A DNA stretch of 64,000 nucleotides from Setoptus koraiensis (GCA_048013815.1 CM106586.1:23932001-23996000); one strand, 5' to 3'; shown: positions 22,186-36,580, numbered from the stretch's first letter. Numbers and translations are program-made. Notes: generated by a model not told the origin, from the letters alone.

Positions 22186-24322
22186 TTGGGAGGGCGATGG
22201 CTTTGTAACTATTATTGGAAACCTAGCACACGTTTCAAATGAAGATGGGCGAATCTTGGAAGAGCCTGTTGTTTTGGATGAAGCCGAATTAGAGGCAATC
22301 AAAGATCTCAAGGAACTGCTCATAGGCAAAACGGAAATAATGGTCGACGAACTGGTCAAGTCATAGCCCATCATATTTTACTATTTAAAACTTTTATTGA
22401 TATGAACAACGTTTCATAAAATCTAACAAGAAGTTGACTCCTCTAGTCTAATTTTTTTGTGAGCATGTGGCTGCGATGGGGGTGGCCGGATAGTTATCAT
22501 GTTGTTCTTCAGGTCCGGAGGGATTGTTGAATTGTGTGTAAGTTTGAAGGTGTCAAAGTCGATCTCTTGTCGCAATATACCACTCATGACAAATTCTGTT
22601 TGCTCGATACCTGTTATAGTGGGAAGGTTGAGAGATAGTATTAGTAACATTGAATTGACAAAGTAAAGAGTTAAGATATCATGATGATGAGCTTGTATAC
22701 TTACTTGCTCCATATGAAACGAGATTCTCACATAAATGGTAATCATTCTCGCAAGAAATTACAACCAGTTGTTTGTCTGCTAGTTTCAGTTGTTCGAATT
22801 GCATTCTACTAGGTGGCTTCTTGAAGACGACTTGACCACCTGCGGATTCAATCATTGGTTTTAAAATAGATGGCGCTGGTTTGACTCCAGGGGTAACAAA
22901 AAATACTAAATCTTTGAATAGAAGACACTTCCTAGGATTATCCTCGAGATCCAAAATAGGTCGCACACTTGACGAGGGGTTTTGTTCTGATAATGAGGCA
23001 TGTTGCGCTTCTCTTCTGGCACGTCGCCGTAGAGATTGTTTCATATTGAAGCAGAATTTATCCTCGTTCTCTTTGTCATGGAGAAGAAAATCCTTCTCGT
23101 CAAGTAACATATTAGCACGATAGGATTCAGTTAGCCAGTTCGTTTTGAGAATGTACCTCGCGTAATTATAAGCACAAATGAACGTTGTGGTTCGACATAC
23201 TCGATCTGTTATCAGGTGCGTGCATTTCACTGGATCCTCGACTACTTTGGCACCCAATTTAGAGGCTAGGTTCTTCAATTCTTCTAGTCTACTTGCCCCG
23301 ATATGTGTAAATGTGATGAATATATTATTTTGGTATCTGGAAGAAGACGATTTGGGTGTTAGAGTCAATTGCCTCTGGTTAGTTGCGGTGCCAGTATGAT
23401 TCGTGATCGACGAGGCCGGTGCCATATTAGAGGCGGAACTGTTGGAATTATTGCATCTATCTGCCGGTGGGTTGGTAGATGATTCAGAACTTTGCTTGAC
23501 ACAGTCTTCATTTTTTACATCACCTTCCTGTTTCATGAGATTTTGTTCATTCCGTTTATCTGGAACTTCTATAACTCCATCTTCACTGTCCAGCTTGATC
23601 ATACCGTTGGTCTTATTGGGAGGGATCTCTTCCGATGTATTACTTCTCATGGTGCAACTTGTCTCCAACTTGATACAAGGCAATTTGCTCACACTCTCAA
23701 TTTCTTCTTTCATGACTTTTATAGGATTCAACCAGGGAGACATGACATCTTGAACACTGATGTATGATGATATCTTGAGAGGTTTTTCAACCTTAAAAAG
23801 CTGATAGCGCGGTAAGACCAAAGAAGAAGGGTCTATGGATCCTAGAAGAACATCGGTCAGCCATTGGGCATTGACAATGGAGATTTTCCAATGCACGGCC
23901 TTCTTATATTTTTGACCTCCAACCGAGCGACAAATTAGAATAGTATTCTTGGGACTTAGATAATCCGTGTATCGAGCTCCACTCCTTAAAATCATCTCGC
24001 GTAGATCGACACGTTCTTTGCCTTCAAAGTTGGTAAGAGATATTATATGGTTTTTACAAGGAGCATTATCTTTCGTGTACGGCAGTGGTATATGTATAGC
24101 CTTCCATGGTGAATCCAGTTTACGCTGGGCAATAACGTCATTGACCCAATAAATAGTGACACATCGCTTACCCTCGCGAAATGCTTGTTGGTAAATGTCT
24201 GTGGATCGAGTCTCGCAAATGAGGTGAGTGCAATCTGACAATAGCTCAGTTATCTTTCCTCCATTTTGTTTGATTATGGCAAACCAGTGATTTAAACAAT
24301 CTCTAGAGGTATTTTCATGTTC
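22186..24322 (-). pseudogene. PAXIP1: Direct copy of 37140-39276: 3' part of PAXIP1 (BRCT3-6, last intron and exon) plus the 3' 180 bp of the RAD54B-N gene
   Basis: Constant offset of 14954; the translated ORFs are identical to those at 37.1-39.3 kb; 5'-truncated. Confidence 0.93.
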
Positions 24323-25228
24323 TCTCACTAGTTGGATGATTCTTCATTCCCTCTTCAAGTCTTAAGGCGGATTTAATGGTCTTATATTCTCGAACTGTCT
24401 CATGTGTCCACTTTTTGACAAGATTCAAATAGTAGATTCTGACAATCTCTTCATCTATTTGACCATTAGAGGAATCGATTCTAGCTTTTGTTTGTTCTAA
24501 CATTTGCTCTAGTTCCTTCTCAGTATTATATTGGTCAATCTTGTCTTTCCTAGATTGTGCCATATCCAGTTGGGACAAATTATTTATAGCCTCGTCAAGC
24601 GCTTGATCGACTCTCAAATCTGCCAAACCATAGTGCTTGATTTTCTCCAGGAAATCTTCCGCGTTGGCTTTAGCTTTTGAGAATACTTCTAATCTCATAG
24701 ACGTTTGCATCTGGCCAAGATCAAACCTCATGTAAACATTTGACAATAGAGCTGGTACGAGAAGATATCGAATATTATTGGTTGCCACTTCATCGATTGT
24801 CTCGTTATTACTAAATAAATCTAGGCTGCTAACGAATTTATTTGCTCGTTCTAGGAGGTGTCTTGCTGTCTGAAGAAGATCCTGCCTCTCGGATGCTAGC
24901 TTACATTCAGCTTTGAGAAGGCATCTCTCAGCTTGTTCATAAAGTTCTGGTAGCGTAAAATCCATGTTATTCGAGATATTTGCCAAATCCATAGGCCCAG
25001 CGGTCTGTGCAATCATTTTTGGATCACAAGGCCAGTCCATGTAAATTTCCGAAACGTCCAACTCCATCAGATCTGCTTCACAATCTCCAAGTAAGCTAGA
25101 TAAATTTGGCTGGGTCCTACCGAAGTCCCCACGGACAAATTCTTTTATATATGTACCAGCTTCAGTCTCGAGTGTCAGGGCGATAGTCTTATCTTGATAA
25201 TGAGGTGGTGAAGGAAATCCTCAACTCC
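24319..25228 (-). pseudogene. PUS10-IGBP1: Diverged fragment of the Pus10-IGBP1 ORF (inverted copy of 7458-8408), truncated at both ends
   Basis: Junction still has no stop codon; in-frame indels of 27, 15 and 12 bp; FVHGD>FVRGD, Y>N, V>I, D>N, S>T; ends ...TSERT* at the PAXIP1 junction. Confidence 0.92.
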
Positions 25229-25333
25229 TCAAATGTTCTATTCAATTAAGAACAAAAATTTGTCATTAACTAAGCGACATGATGTTTGCCAATGGTAGTC
25301 ATAACAATACGCTAGTCCATGTTGTTAATATTT

Positions 25334-25456
25334 TTATGACGGGCCAAGATTAGATGTGCAACTTTTATCTAATGTAATTAGGAACTGATAGCTCGGAAAC
25401 ATTAGATCAGAAGGTTTGCTTAGCGGATTCAACTTTTTTATTTGGAGTCTAATTAT
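25334..25456 (+). repeat. Second copy (probable donor) of the 123-bp element at 20838-20960
   Basis: Direct sequence match. Confidence 0.92.
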
Positions 25457-28400
25457 TTGCTGCTTGATTAAACATACAGCCATACACAGATACAGATTCC
25501 CAGTTACCTATTTGGATGATAAGAAAAATTGACGTCAGCTAATTTATATTGTTATTATATTGAATCTTATATCAGATTTTCTTGGCTAATATTCAAATGA
25601 TAAACGTCATGATTACATGTCAGGATTGGTGCTCCGAGACAAACAAACGAAAATTCTTCTCTTTTCCATGTAGAATATCCATATCTTAATAAGATAATCA
25701 TATTCCTTCGTTGATTAAATATTTAGATAACATTCAATCAGCGTGATGCTTAATTATACGAGGTGGTGACGGATAAGAACTCATTGATTGGATCAACTTT
25801 GTTTCTAAATTCAGCCTCTCCGTCGCTTGCTCTCTCTCACTCTCTGTCTCTGTTTCTCTTTCTCACGCACACTTTCGTAGACACATTTACAATGATGGAT
25901 GGGCTTTACAAAACAGCCTTAGTCGCCATTTGCTGATTGTTGGCCGGAAGAGGTGCACACAGGAATCGACCTGCCCAGCTCCGGTTTTTCTTTCGGTCTA
26001 ATTATAAAAGCATAAACAAAAGTTGAACTTCTCATCAAAGATCTGTCTTCCCCCTTGCTGACAATCTTTCTCTACTGTATCTGTCTATCTAATTCACCCG
26101 CTCGCTCGCTCACTCAATCATTCATTTGCCAAAGCATGTGTCTATTAATAAAAACCCGCATTAGTTGTTGTCTCTCTATCACTATTCGTCACTTTGGGTT
26201 TGTACAATTTGAATTCTAACATCTCATCACTCAAGTGGTTTGCGCTGAATAATTGGAGAGAAGAAGAATAGTAATAATAATAGGAAGAAGAGGACAACGA
26301 AGAAGACGAGAGAAAAATAACGATTCATAACAAGACTTGTTGCCTGTTATTGTTGATATTGGTTCATTCTTTATAATTCATCAAACAGTCTATTGTGTTA
26401 GTGTGTGTGTCTGTGCGAACGAACTAATCTGGGAAAAACTGACTTAGTTTAATACTCTTGTGAGCCAACTTACTCATTCTACAGCCAAAGCTTGTTCGAG
26501 AATAGAAAATCTTAACTTCAAGGTGAACAACCATGCCAGTTAGTTAACGTATTTCCACTGCAGATTCTTTCATGTTCTTACATATGAACAACCTGTTAGC
26601 TACCTGCCTGCTTACTTGTCTGCCGAGTTGACTGCCTGGTTGGCTGACTGACTGACTGATTGAACAAAACTAAGCCTGACTTCCTATACACATTATATAT
26701 ATAGAAATGTCTACTCGATTCCCTGTCCTGTGTTGAGTGATAAAGACCGTGAATTTTAATAAATACTATGAATAGATACCTCCGGAGGTATTAATTAGCC
26801 CATTTGATAAGGTGTCACGGGTAGCAAATTGCACTACATTGAAATGTAGCTGTAGAATCGTCATCGTCATCAGTATGTTGTTGTTGTTGTTGTTGCTTTG
26901 GGTTGTCGTCATTAGTGTTCAATAAAGCCAGTAAATACTGTATAAGCCAATGAGTACTGTATAAGTAAGTGCAGTATTAGAATTAGAAAAGTAACGCAAG
27001 CAGCATTTGTGTGCAGTGGAAGTATAGTGGCTTAGTGGAAATGTGAGTAATAATAATAACAATAAAGACGAATTGGAGAACTACTTCTCTACTACTTCTC
27101 TAACATTATTTTACAATAAAATAGGCACCAATAATAAGGGCTTGTTAAAGCTTGTTATGATGATGATCAGTAATGAGTTTGTTGCAGTTGAGATATTTCG
27201 ATGAAACTCTCTCTCTTATTATTCTATTATTCTATTATTTTCTTATTCATGCTCTCTGCACCTGTCGAAAAGCCTTACGTTGACTCGTCTGACGCGCGTG
27301 CTATTGTCGTCCCCCTTCCGATCGACATTGTGCACGTTTCCTCTATTCATGCAGGAATTGAGTTGAACATTTGTTGCTGCATTCGCCGCCACCAACCGCT
27401 ATTATTTTCCCCCTCCCCTTCATAGATGATCAAATGGAAAAAAGTTGGCGGGCACCCCCACCGAGACTCGTCATTCTCTTATTCTCGATTCTTTTTCAAG
27501 CGCCAATGAACACATTGGCATTTTTTTCCCCAAGACACCACCGCAATCCCTGCAAGTACATGTGACTTCACCGTCATCTCTGCAATAGCTTAAAGTAACG
27601 GCTGCTGTAGCTGTAACTGTTTCTTTCCGTTACTTTACCACGTTCATATCACACCGGCTGCCGCTATTTTCCAGTTTCATCTTTGTATCCCTTATGTGTT
27701 CCCTGCCTTCCCCCCCCCCCATTGTCACTTGCCAGTATCTGATCAACGTTGTTGTTGTCACTGTACAAGTCACTGTCGTCATTATCATATGATATCTTGC
27801 CACTAAGGTAACTTGCGGTAAGCTTGCAAAATTAGCCAAAGCTTGGTAAATTATAATAATAAATAAATAAAAAAAAAGTAGATAGACAGATTAGTTAGAA
27901 TTGACAGTATCAGTGGAGTTATTATTGGCGGGCTGTTTTAGTGTACTGGTTCTTTCTGTCTCTGTCTAGATCTTACTTTCTAGGGAGAGGTGGTATCCTC
28001 AAGAAGAATATACCAATATATACCTAACTACACATCTTACACAGTACGTGAACCGTTCTACAGCTGTTTTGGCATGTGTACGTCGACAGCGAAGTCTTGC
28101 CTTCACAATTGTTGCATATATTTTTATTAATAGTGTTAATCTACTAACACCATGAATAGTAACAAAAACGCGTAAGCAAACACTAGAACACCCTCGGAGG
28201 AGAGATTTACATGAATGGCATGAGGGGATTATTAATATCTACTACGTGAAAGCAGATAGCTGCACATATGTATATTCAAAACGCACACACACACACACAC
28301 ACAAGACTAATAATATAATTGTAGCGACTAATTCTACTTCCGACATTTCCATTCTCTACAACTGGCGCTACGACTGGCGCTACGAGTGGCGCTACTACAT

Positions 28401-28484
28401 TGCTGCTAATCAACTTTAAATCTTACGTTGCCACTACTTCTATTGCTCACCTTAACTCTACAGAATACTTACTGTACTACCGCG

Positions 28485-31400
28485 ATGTATTTTAAGTAAA
28501 TGTATTTGTGCGTGCATGCGCGCATATATTAATGGTCACTGCCGCTAATAATAATAATAACAACAACAACAACAACACACCACTTGTAGAGTCTTGTCGG
28601 CTTACAAGTGGTTGTAATTTGCAACAACTGCCACATTAACAGCGGAAGCTACCATTAGGCACTCATATAGCAACAAGACATTGCTTACATAGAACAACGG
28701 CAGAGTTTAGCCGAGAAAACACACAAACAGGCAGACACACCAAATCACAAGCTCACAACGAATCACGCAGGCACGCATGCACGCATAGCATTAGCACATA
28801 TGATAGCAAAGGGGTAGTGAGAGAGAGAGAGAGAGAGTTCAATGGCAACGATGGTTATAGACCCAACGTTGGCTAAATAGTTCAAAATATAGAATCTGTG
28901 CATTGTGTCAGTTAGTAGATTATATAGGAGGAGAGACAACAGCTAAGAGATTCGAATTTCGTCTTCACACGTTCTATTTTTGCAACGTAAATACATTAGA
29001 TAGATATCGTCACATGTGATTTTAGTTGCAGTGCCCATTCGCTAATTATAATTATCGGCAACCATTGTTGCCTGTTGTCATTCTCGATATGAACTCACTG
29101 GAGTAACAAGTAAACCAAATAATATTAATAATAATATTATTAACAATCAATTTTGTTGCAAAAACAATACCAACACACAACGACACAAGACGACAATCAA
29201 AAATCATATTTCTAGATGACACACAAATACATTTATTAACATTAAAACTGGCAAAGAAGAAGAGCAACTACCACTACACCATTGATAATACTGACAATAA
29301 TACGCGCGCGCGCGCTCTCATTTCGACATAATCAACAAACCATCGGATACATTATTAATCTAGTTGGAAAAATCATTAATCACGTAGCTCGATCACGTTC
29401 AACACCAACAACAACCATAGACAAACAGTAGAATACAGTAGTTACATTGGCACTAACACGCGTTGTATGCTGTGTATGATACACAAATTATTATTACTAT
29501 TACCATTAAGTGGCCAATCAAGATAAAAGAAGACGAGAGAAGAAACTTATTTCAGGTTTTCTCAGTGGCTCGTCGTCAAATCAGCCAGTGCAAAGCCAGT
29601 GATATCACATTATCCTAGACTTACTTCTATTAGGCTGACACCTTGCCAGCAACAACATTGCACTTGTTGAGTTGACTTATACAAACATTGACAAATAGAC
29701 TAATACACTGATAGATTGGATAGATTGAATTTTGAAACACGCTAAATATTCTTGAGTTCCGTAGCGTCAATTTGCGCTTTGTCGCGACTAATCCACATCT
29801 AGTGGCGACACAGATATAGAGCGAAAAGTTAATACTAACGAAAATAGAACTTTAATAGATCATCTATTGCCATAACCGTGACTATTATCCAGTTAATATT
29901 AACCACCAAACACATACACTCACCTTCCACCATTCACCACTCACCACTTCTTCCCTCACCCGCCTGCTCGCCTGCCCGCCCAATACCCCTCTTCCCCTCT
30001 TCAATCTGAATATTATTATCCCATTTTTATGAAGATCAATCTCAAGGAGATACTAACGTCTAATGCTAACGAACATGCTAATTTCCATCTTAGATAATTA
30101 TGATTTCAGTTTATGAATGATTAAACACGCGACATTTACAAACTAGTAGTTTTAATTTTAGCAGTTATTTTCGAACACGCTCGAATTTTTATAGTCACAT
30201 TGTTTAGTATTACAGTAGCATAACACAACAACAAGCAAGCATAAATGAATAAACTATAGTAGTGATAATGGAAAAAGATGATGAACGATTATCCGACATA
30301 GTAGTATTCATAGCCAATAAGAAACTAGAACATCTCAATAGACACATACATAATTCAGCAAATAACTTCTGCAGTAACACCAATTTAGCAAATCATTCTT
30401 CTGTGTCATCAGTGTCTTCATCCATATCGATAACGAAAATAGATTTTTTGTCTCGACGAACTGTTCAACCCAATACGCACAATTCAAATATAAATATAAC
30501 TAAAAGAAACCTAGTTCATTCAGTGTTTGTGATATCAACTGCATTATTTCTGACTCTAATTAGCAAGGGAGCTTTTGCAACAAATTCAACATCTCCCGAA
30601 CTTCAATTTGCATCATCAACACCTAAGCCTATTATTGCACCGGCACCAATTGTTACTAGAAAGCCTTCAACGAAACCGCTCGCACCAATCCAACAACATC
30701 TAAGGTTCGAGTTTCAACGGTACGATGGCTGGTACAACAATCTGGCGAATAGCGATTGGGGGTCGCCAAATTCCAGACTCAGACGTAAAGTGCCACCGGC
30801 ATATCTCGATGGAGTTTACCTAATGGATAATGATGACAGGCCTAGTGCTAGACTTTTGAGCCAAAAATTAATGCGAGGCGAGGATGGAAAACCGTCTCAG
30901 AGGAACCTGACCACATTGTTCACTTTTTTCGGCCAAGTCGTTGCATCGGAAATACTAATGGCCAGCGAATCTGGTTGTCCTATCGAAATGCACAGAATTC
31001 GTATTGAAAAATGTGATCCTATGTATGACCGAGATTGTACAGGACAACGTACAATGCCTTTCTATCGAGCCTCCTACGATTCTTCGACAGGCCAGTCTCC
31101 AAATTTGCCAAGGGAGCAAATAAACAAAGTGACGAGCTGGATCGATGGCTCTTTTATTTATAGCACATCTGAAACATGGCTCAATACCATGCGATCGTTT
31201 GATGGCCATGGAACCTTGAAAATGGTGCACAATGTAGACGATCTTGATTCAACAGTTTCTAAACTGTTGGATACCACATTCGATAATTTAAACTCACCCG
31301 CACCTCAATTGTTTGGCTATCCAATAAGAAACAAACACAGAGCACCTCTCATCAATGCGGCACCGGCACATCATCTCCGAATGAAAACTCCAGAGAGAAT

Positions 31401-34400
31401 GTTTCTTCTTGGTGATCCAAGAACTAATCAAAACCCCATCATATTGGCTTTTGGTATATTGTTTTACCGTTGGCACAATGTTTTAGCTGAGAGAATTCAT
31501 GCCGATCATAAAGACTGGACAGATGAAGAAATTTTTCAGCGAGCAAGAAGACTAGTCATTGCCAGCCTACAGAACATAATTCTATATGAATATCTGCCAA
31601 CATTGCTGGATGCCGACTCGCCACAGGATCAAGTTTCACCTTACACAGGCTATAAACCCGATTTGCATCCAGGAATATCACATGTATTTCAATCGGCCGC
31701 TTTTAGATTTGGCCATACGATGATACCGCCTGGCTTGTATTTACGAGACGAAAAGTGCCAATATCTGAATACCTCAGATGGTTATGAAGGAATTAGATTG
31801 TGCAGTACTTGGTGGAATGCCGAAGAAGTTGTGAGTAGTATAGGTATTGAACCATTGCTCATGGGTGCCGCCTCTCAGATTGCCGAAAGGGAAGATTATG
31901 TTCTATGTAACGATGTAAGAGATAAGCTTTTTGGACCCTTGGATTTTAGCCGTCGCGATCTGGCCTCACTCAATATAATGCGTGGTCGTGATAATGGAAT
32001 AGCTGATTACAACACTGTTAGGAGGGCTTTTCACTTGCCACCAATAACAAATTGGACAGATATAAATCCTGTGCTTGGTAAAAGTATGCCTGGTTTATTT
32101 AACGACCTAAGCAATCTATATCAGAATAGATTAGACAATATCGATTTATACATAGGAGGCATGTTGGAATCAGAATCTGAGCGTGGCCGACCAGGTCCAT
32201 TATTTAGAAGAATCATACGTGAACAATTCGAACGACTCAGAGATGCTGACAGATTTTGGTTCGAGAATACTGAATCTGGTATCTTTACCAAGGCAGAGAT
32301 CGACGAAATACGTGGAATAACACTGTACGATATTATATCTAATTCAACTTTGATACCAGAAGATAGTATTCAACGAGACGTGTTCCGATTTAGACCAGGT
32401 GATCCGTGCCCTCAACCTAGACAATTGTCAAGTAAACAACTAAAGTCTTGTTTTACAGTCAAAGGTTGGAGCTATTTTAAAGGAAGTGAAGTTACTTTTA
32501 TCATGGTATGCTTAACATTAATATTTATACCAATTGTGTGTTGTTTAGCTGCTTATTGTGTGATAAAGTTACAAAACAGTAAGCGTCGGCAATATAAAGC
32601 AAGACTCGAATGCATTGCTCAACATAATCAACACCAAAAACAACGCTCCAATTCACGTTTTGTAGATAATGAACAACAAGATCAATCGTCGACCACTACT
32701 AGCGACACAATCTGTGAGAAATTACCTAACTGTGAAAAATTTTATGCCAAAGAGTGGTTACACTCCAACCTAAAGCGTTATGTCAAGGTCAGACTGGGAC
32801 CAGATGAAACTATTTACACATTGGATAGAAAAGGCCAAACTCAACGTAAGCTGGACTTGACACATGTAAACACTTTAACAGTTGAAATTTCACAAGATTT
32901 TGCCAGTGATATGTCAAATCAGTCATCTAGAAACTACACTAGTCGCAAACCAATAATTTTGATTCGTGTTGCTCGTGAATATGACCTTGTGTTACAATTT
33001 CAGAATATCGGCAATCGACAGAGATTTCTAAACAAACTAGATGATTATTTAGCTAGCATCAACAAGTCAATTGATAAATCTTACATAGGAAAAGAGATTA
33101 TGCTAGCGAATGCAGAAACCAAAGAGAAGCGTCAACAAAGATTGGATCAATTCTTTCGAGAAGCATATGCATTAACATTTGGACTCAAAACACCAAGTGC
33201 GACTAGTGCCCTCAGTGATTTATCTCCTTATGCTTATACTAATGAAGGTCTGTTGACCTCATCAACTGATAATATCTATAGGATATCCCCTCCAGATATA
33301 AGCATGATCATGAGAACATCGCTGTCGAAACAAGAATTTGCTGAAGCATTAGGCATGAGATCTGATTCTTTGTTTGTGAAGCAAATGTTCAATTGTGTCG
33401 ACAAAGATAGTGATGGCAATATATCATTTCAAGAATTTCTCGACACAGTTGTGATGTTTTCAAAGGGTAAACCTGAGGATAAACTAAGAATAGTGTTCGA
33501 TATGTGCGATCACGAGAGTAAAGGCTTGATTGAGAAGAACGAACTTGTTGACGTACTACGATCTTTAGTAGACATAGCCAAGACAAAATCTGTGAATGAA
33601 GATGGTATTAATCTAGTTATTCAGGGAATGTTTGAATCTGTTGGATTGCATAACAAGGAATTGTTGACTTACGATGACTTTAAAACAATTCTAGGCACCT
33701 ACAGTGACAATGGTGAATTTTTGTCAATTGGGCTAGACATGAAAGGTGCCAAAAAGAGTTTCTTTTTAGAAGAAAACAACTCAATGAGCATGAAAACCTG
33801 TGATAGCCATTTACCTGATGCCGCCTGCAAACGAAAGATGACGTTAATAGATACAGGAATCCGAACAAAAACTAACCCATTAAACAATTTTGAAAACAGT
33901 AGTGTTCATGGAGGCAAAAAAGTTACGTCGATATCAGCTTTGGCTAAGGCTCGCAATAGGATCAATGCAGTTGTAACATATATAGAGGAACATCGACAAG
34001 ATATAGTCTATTTATTGATATTTTACGTTGCTGTGGCTGTATCATTCGTTGAAAGATTTGTCAATTATTCATACCTTTCCGAGCATATGGATTTACGTCA
34101 TGTAATGGGCATTGGAATAGCCATAACTCGAGGCTCGGCTGCGGCACTCTCATTATGCTTTGCCTTGCTGCTTTTAACCATGTGTAGGAAACTCATGACA
34201 AAATTGAGAGATACACCCTTCAGAGAGTATATTCCTCTAGATAGCCATATAAGATTTCACAAGCTCGTGGCCTATACGGGAGGAGTGATGACCGTCGTTC
34301 ACACAGTAGGACATTGTGTAAACTTCTGGCACATTTCGAATCAACCAGTGGAACATCTCAGATGTATGACCAAAGAGATGGCTTTCAACAGTGACTCTCG

Positions 34401-36059
34401 GCCAACATTCTTCTTTTGGGTTTTTGAAACAGTCACAGGTACCACAGGACTCTTTCTTTGGATACTATGTTCCATTGTCTTTGTATTTGCACATCAAAAA
34501 GTTCGAAGGTTTGCTTACAGTTATTTCTGGTCCACCCATAAGCTTTATTATGCCATATATGCCTTGACACTACTTCATGGATCATCTAAGCTGACTGGAA
34601 GCCCAAGATTTTGGATATTTTTCATGATACCAGCAATACTGTTCGCAATAGATCAACTGATTAGTCTGCAGACAAAACTTCAAGAACTAGAAATACTTGA
34701 AACCGAACTACTACCTTCAGGTAAGTTTTTCTTTCAACTCATTTGGCCAAATACCAAGTAGAATCAGAATTCCTATAATCATGACTATATTAAATTAACA
34801 CTCATCGATATTTTTATACGCAGATGTCACGAGGATCAAGTTTGTTCGCCCCAAGGGATTTCGGTATAGATCTGGCCAATGGATTCGGTTGGCTTGTACA
34901 GCGTTTCGACAACGCGAATATCATGCTTTCACTTTAACATCAGCACCTCACGAAGACCAGTTATCCGTTTACATCAAAGCGCATGGTCCTTGGACGTGGA
35001 AGTTGCGTTCTTGTTTCGATCCGGTCAACATGCAGTTTAAAAACATTAAATTACCCCCTAGAATAAGAATAGATGGTCCCTTCGGTGGTGGGAATCAGGA
35101 TTGGCACAAATACGAGGTAGCTGTCATGATTGGTGGAGGCATCGGAGTGACTCCTTACGCATCAATTCTCAAAGATTTGGTGTTTGGGACATCTACCAAT
35201 AGATTCTCGGGAGTTGCATGTAAAAAAGTAAGTTTATGAGAATGAATGTGTTAAATTCATTTCAAAAGAAGCATATATCCTGAAGTTAATGTATACTGAT
35301 AAACCTTTTCTCATAAATTATTTTCGCATCCACACTAACAAAACACAATAACTACATTATTTATTAATCATTGTATTGAATTACTAACTGAATTAATTAT
35401 TAGGTGTACTTCATATGGATATGTCCTTCACACAGAAACTTTGAATGGTTTATTGATGTCCTCCGAGATGTCGAGAGGAAAGACGTCACTGGTGTTTTAG
35501 AAATGCATATATTTATAACACAATTTTTCCATAGATTTGATCTGAGAACAACTATGTTGGTAAGTATATTTGAACAAGTAATAACTGAACGTAGACACCT
35601 CTGTAATCGTTGTAAAAAAAGTTCACTCTGAATTTTAATTCTGTTAATATTAATACTTGTTGTTTATATTTAAAAATTTCAGTATATCTGTGAAAAGCAT
35701 TTCCAGAGGTTATCCAATAAGAGTTTGTTCACAGGTTTAAAAGCGAAGAATCATTTTGGCAGACCGGATTTACCTTCCTTTTTACAATACGTACAGAAGC
35801 AGCATTCATATGTTAGTATCGTTTCTCCATACTAGTTGATAGATAATTCTGTATCCCATGGAACTGTTCATCAAATAACAGAAGCTAAATTTTTTTCTCT
35901 TTTCTCTCATCAATTTTCATACACCAACAGGTAAATAAAGTGGGAGTGTTCAGTTGCGGCCCTAAGCCTATGACCAAGTCAATAACTCAAGCCTGTGAAA
36001 CCGTCAACAACAAGAGAGATCTACCGTTTTTTCTTCACCAATACGAGAACTTTTCTTGA
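28485..36059 (+). CDS. Duox: Dual oxidase; predicted exons 28485-28495, 30375-34720, 34824-35227, 35404-35559, 35683-35811, 35931-36059 (alternative start ATG 30268)
   Basis: Same domains as the minus copy. The four 3' introns have clear GT-AG sites and restore ...LLPSD|VTRIKF, CKK|VYFIW, TML|YICEKHF, QHSY|VNKVGVFSCGP...YENFS*. The 11-nt first exon (ATGTATTTTAA|GTAAAT ... TTCTGCAG|T) is inferred from phase match and the minus-copy junction. Confidence 0.92.
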
Positions 36060-36580
36060 TTGACACACAAGCGAACACATTTTTCAGAATAGATCTCTAA
36101 AGAAGCGTCCGGTTTCTGTGATAACTTCTTTATCTACTACTTTAACTAATAATATGTCAGACCCATGTATATGATTGTTCCATCTAGATGTCATCAATCA
36201 CTGTAAATTCAAATTTAGAACAACAAATGTGATACTGTTAGAAACCTTAGAAATTTGATACTCCGACTGAACGAGTCAACAAAACTAATTTGTTTGATTG
36301 ATTATTGTTTCATTAATTACTGCTTGTAATCACCGACACAACATTGCAAGTTAGTAGTTAATAATAAATTTAATCAAAGCAAGACTGTTTGACACAACAT
36401 AAAACTTTCTTGTTTTTATTTCGCGCGTTATTGTGGGTTTTGTTTATGTTTCGAAACATGCCAATCATGAGTTCACTAATGAATGAAAAATGCTGATCAG
36501 TTTTTCCCCGAAATAAAAACCACGTCTTGGATCGCCTTGCAAAAAATCGAGCGCGGCTCATTCGTGAGAGCCAACACATA

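Noticed and set aside
21303-22208. 301-aa ORF as a new gene
   Set aside because: It is an internal THADA fragment of the duplicated block, starting at a TTG created next to the deletion and ending out of frame.
30262-30374. Track start of the 1499-aa Duox ORF
   Set aside because: 30262 is GTG; the segment is more likely read-through into the predicted first intron, although ATG 30268 remains possible.
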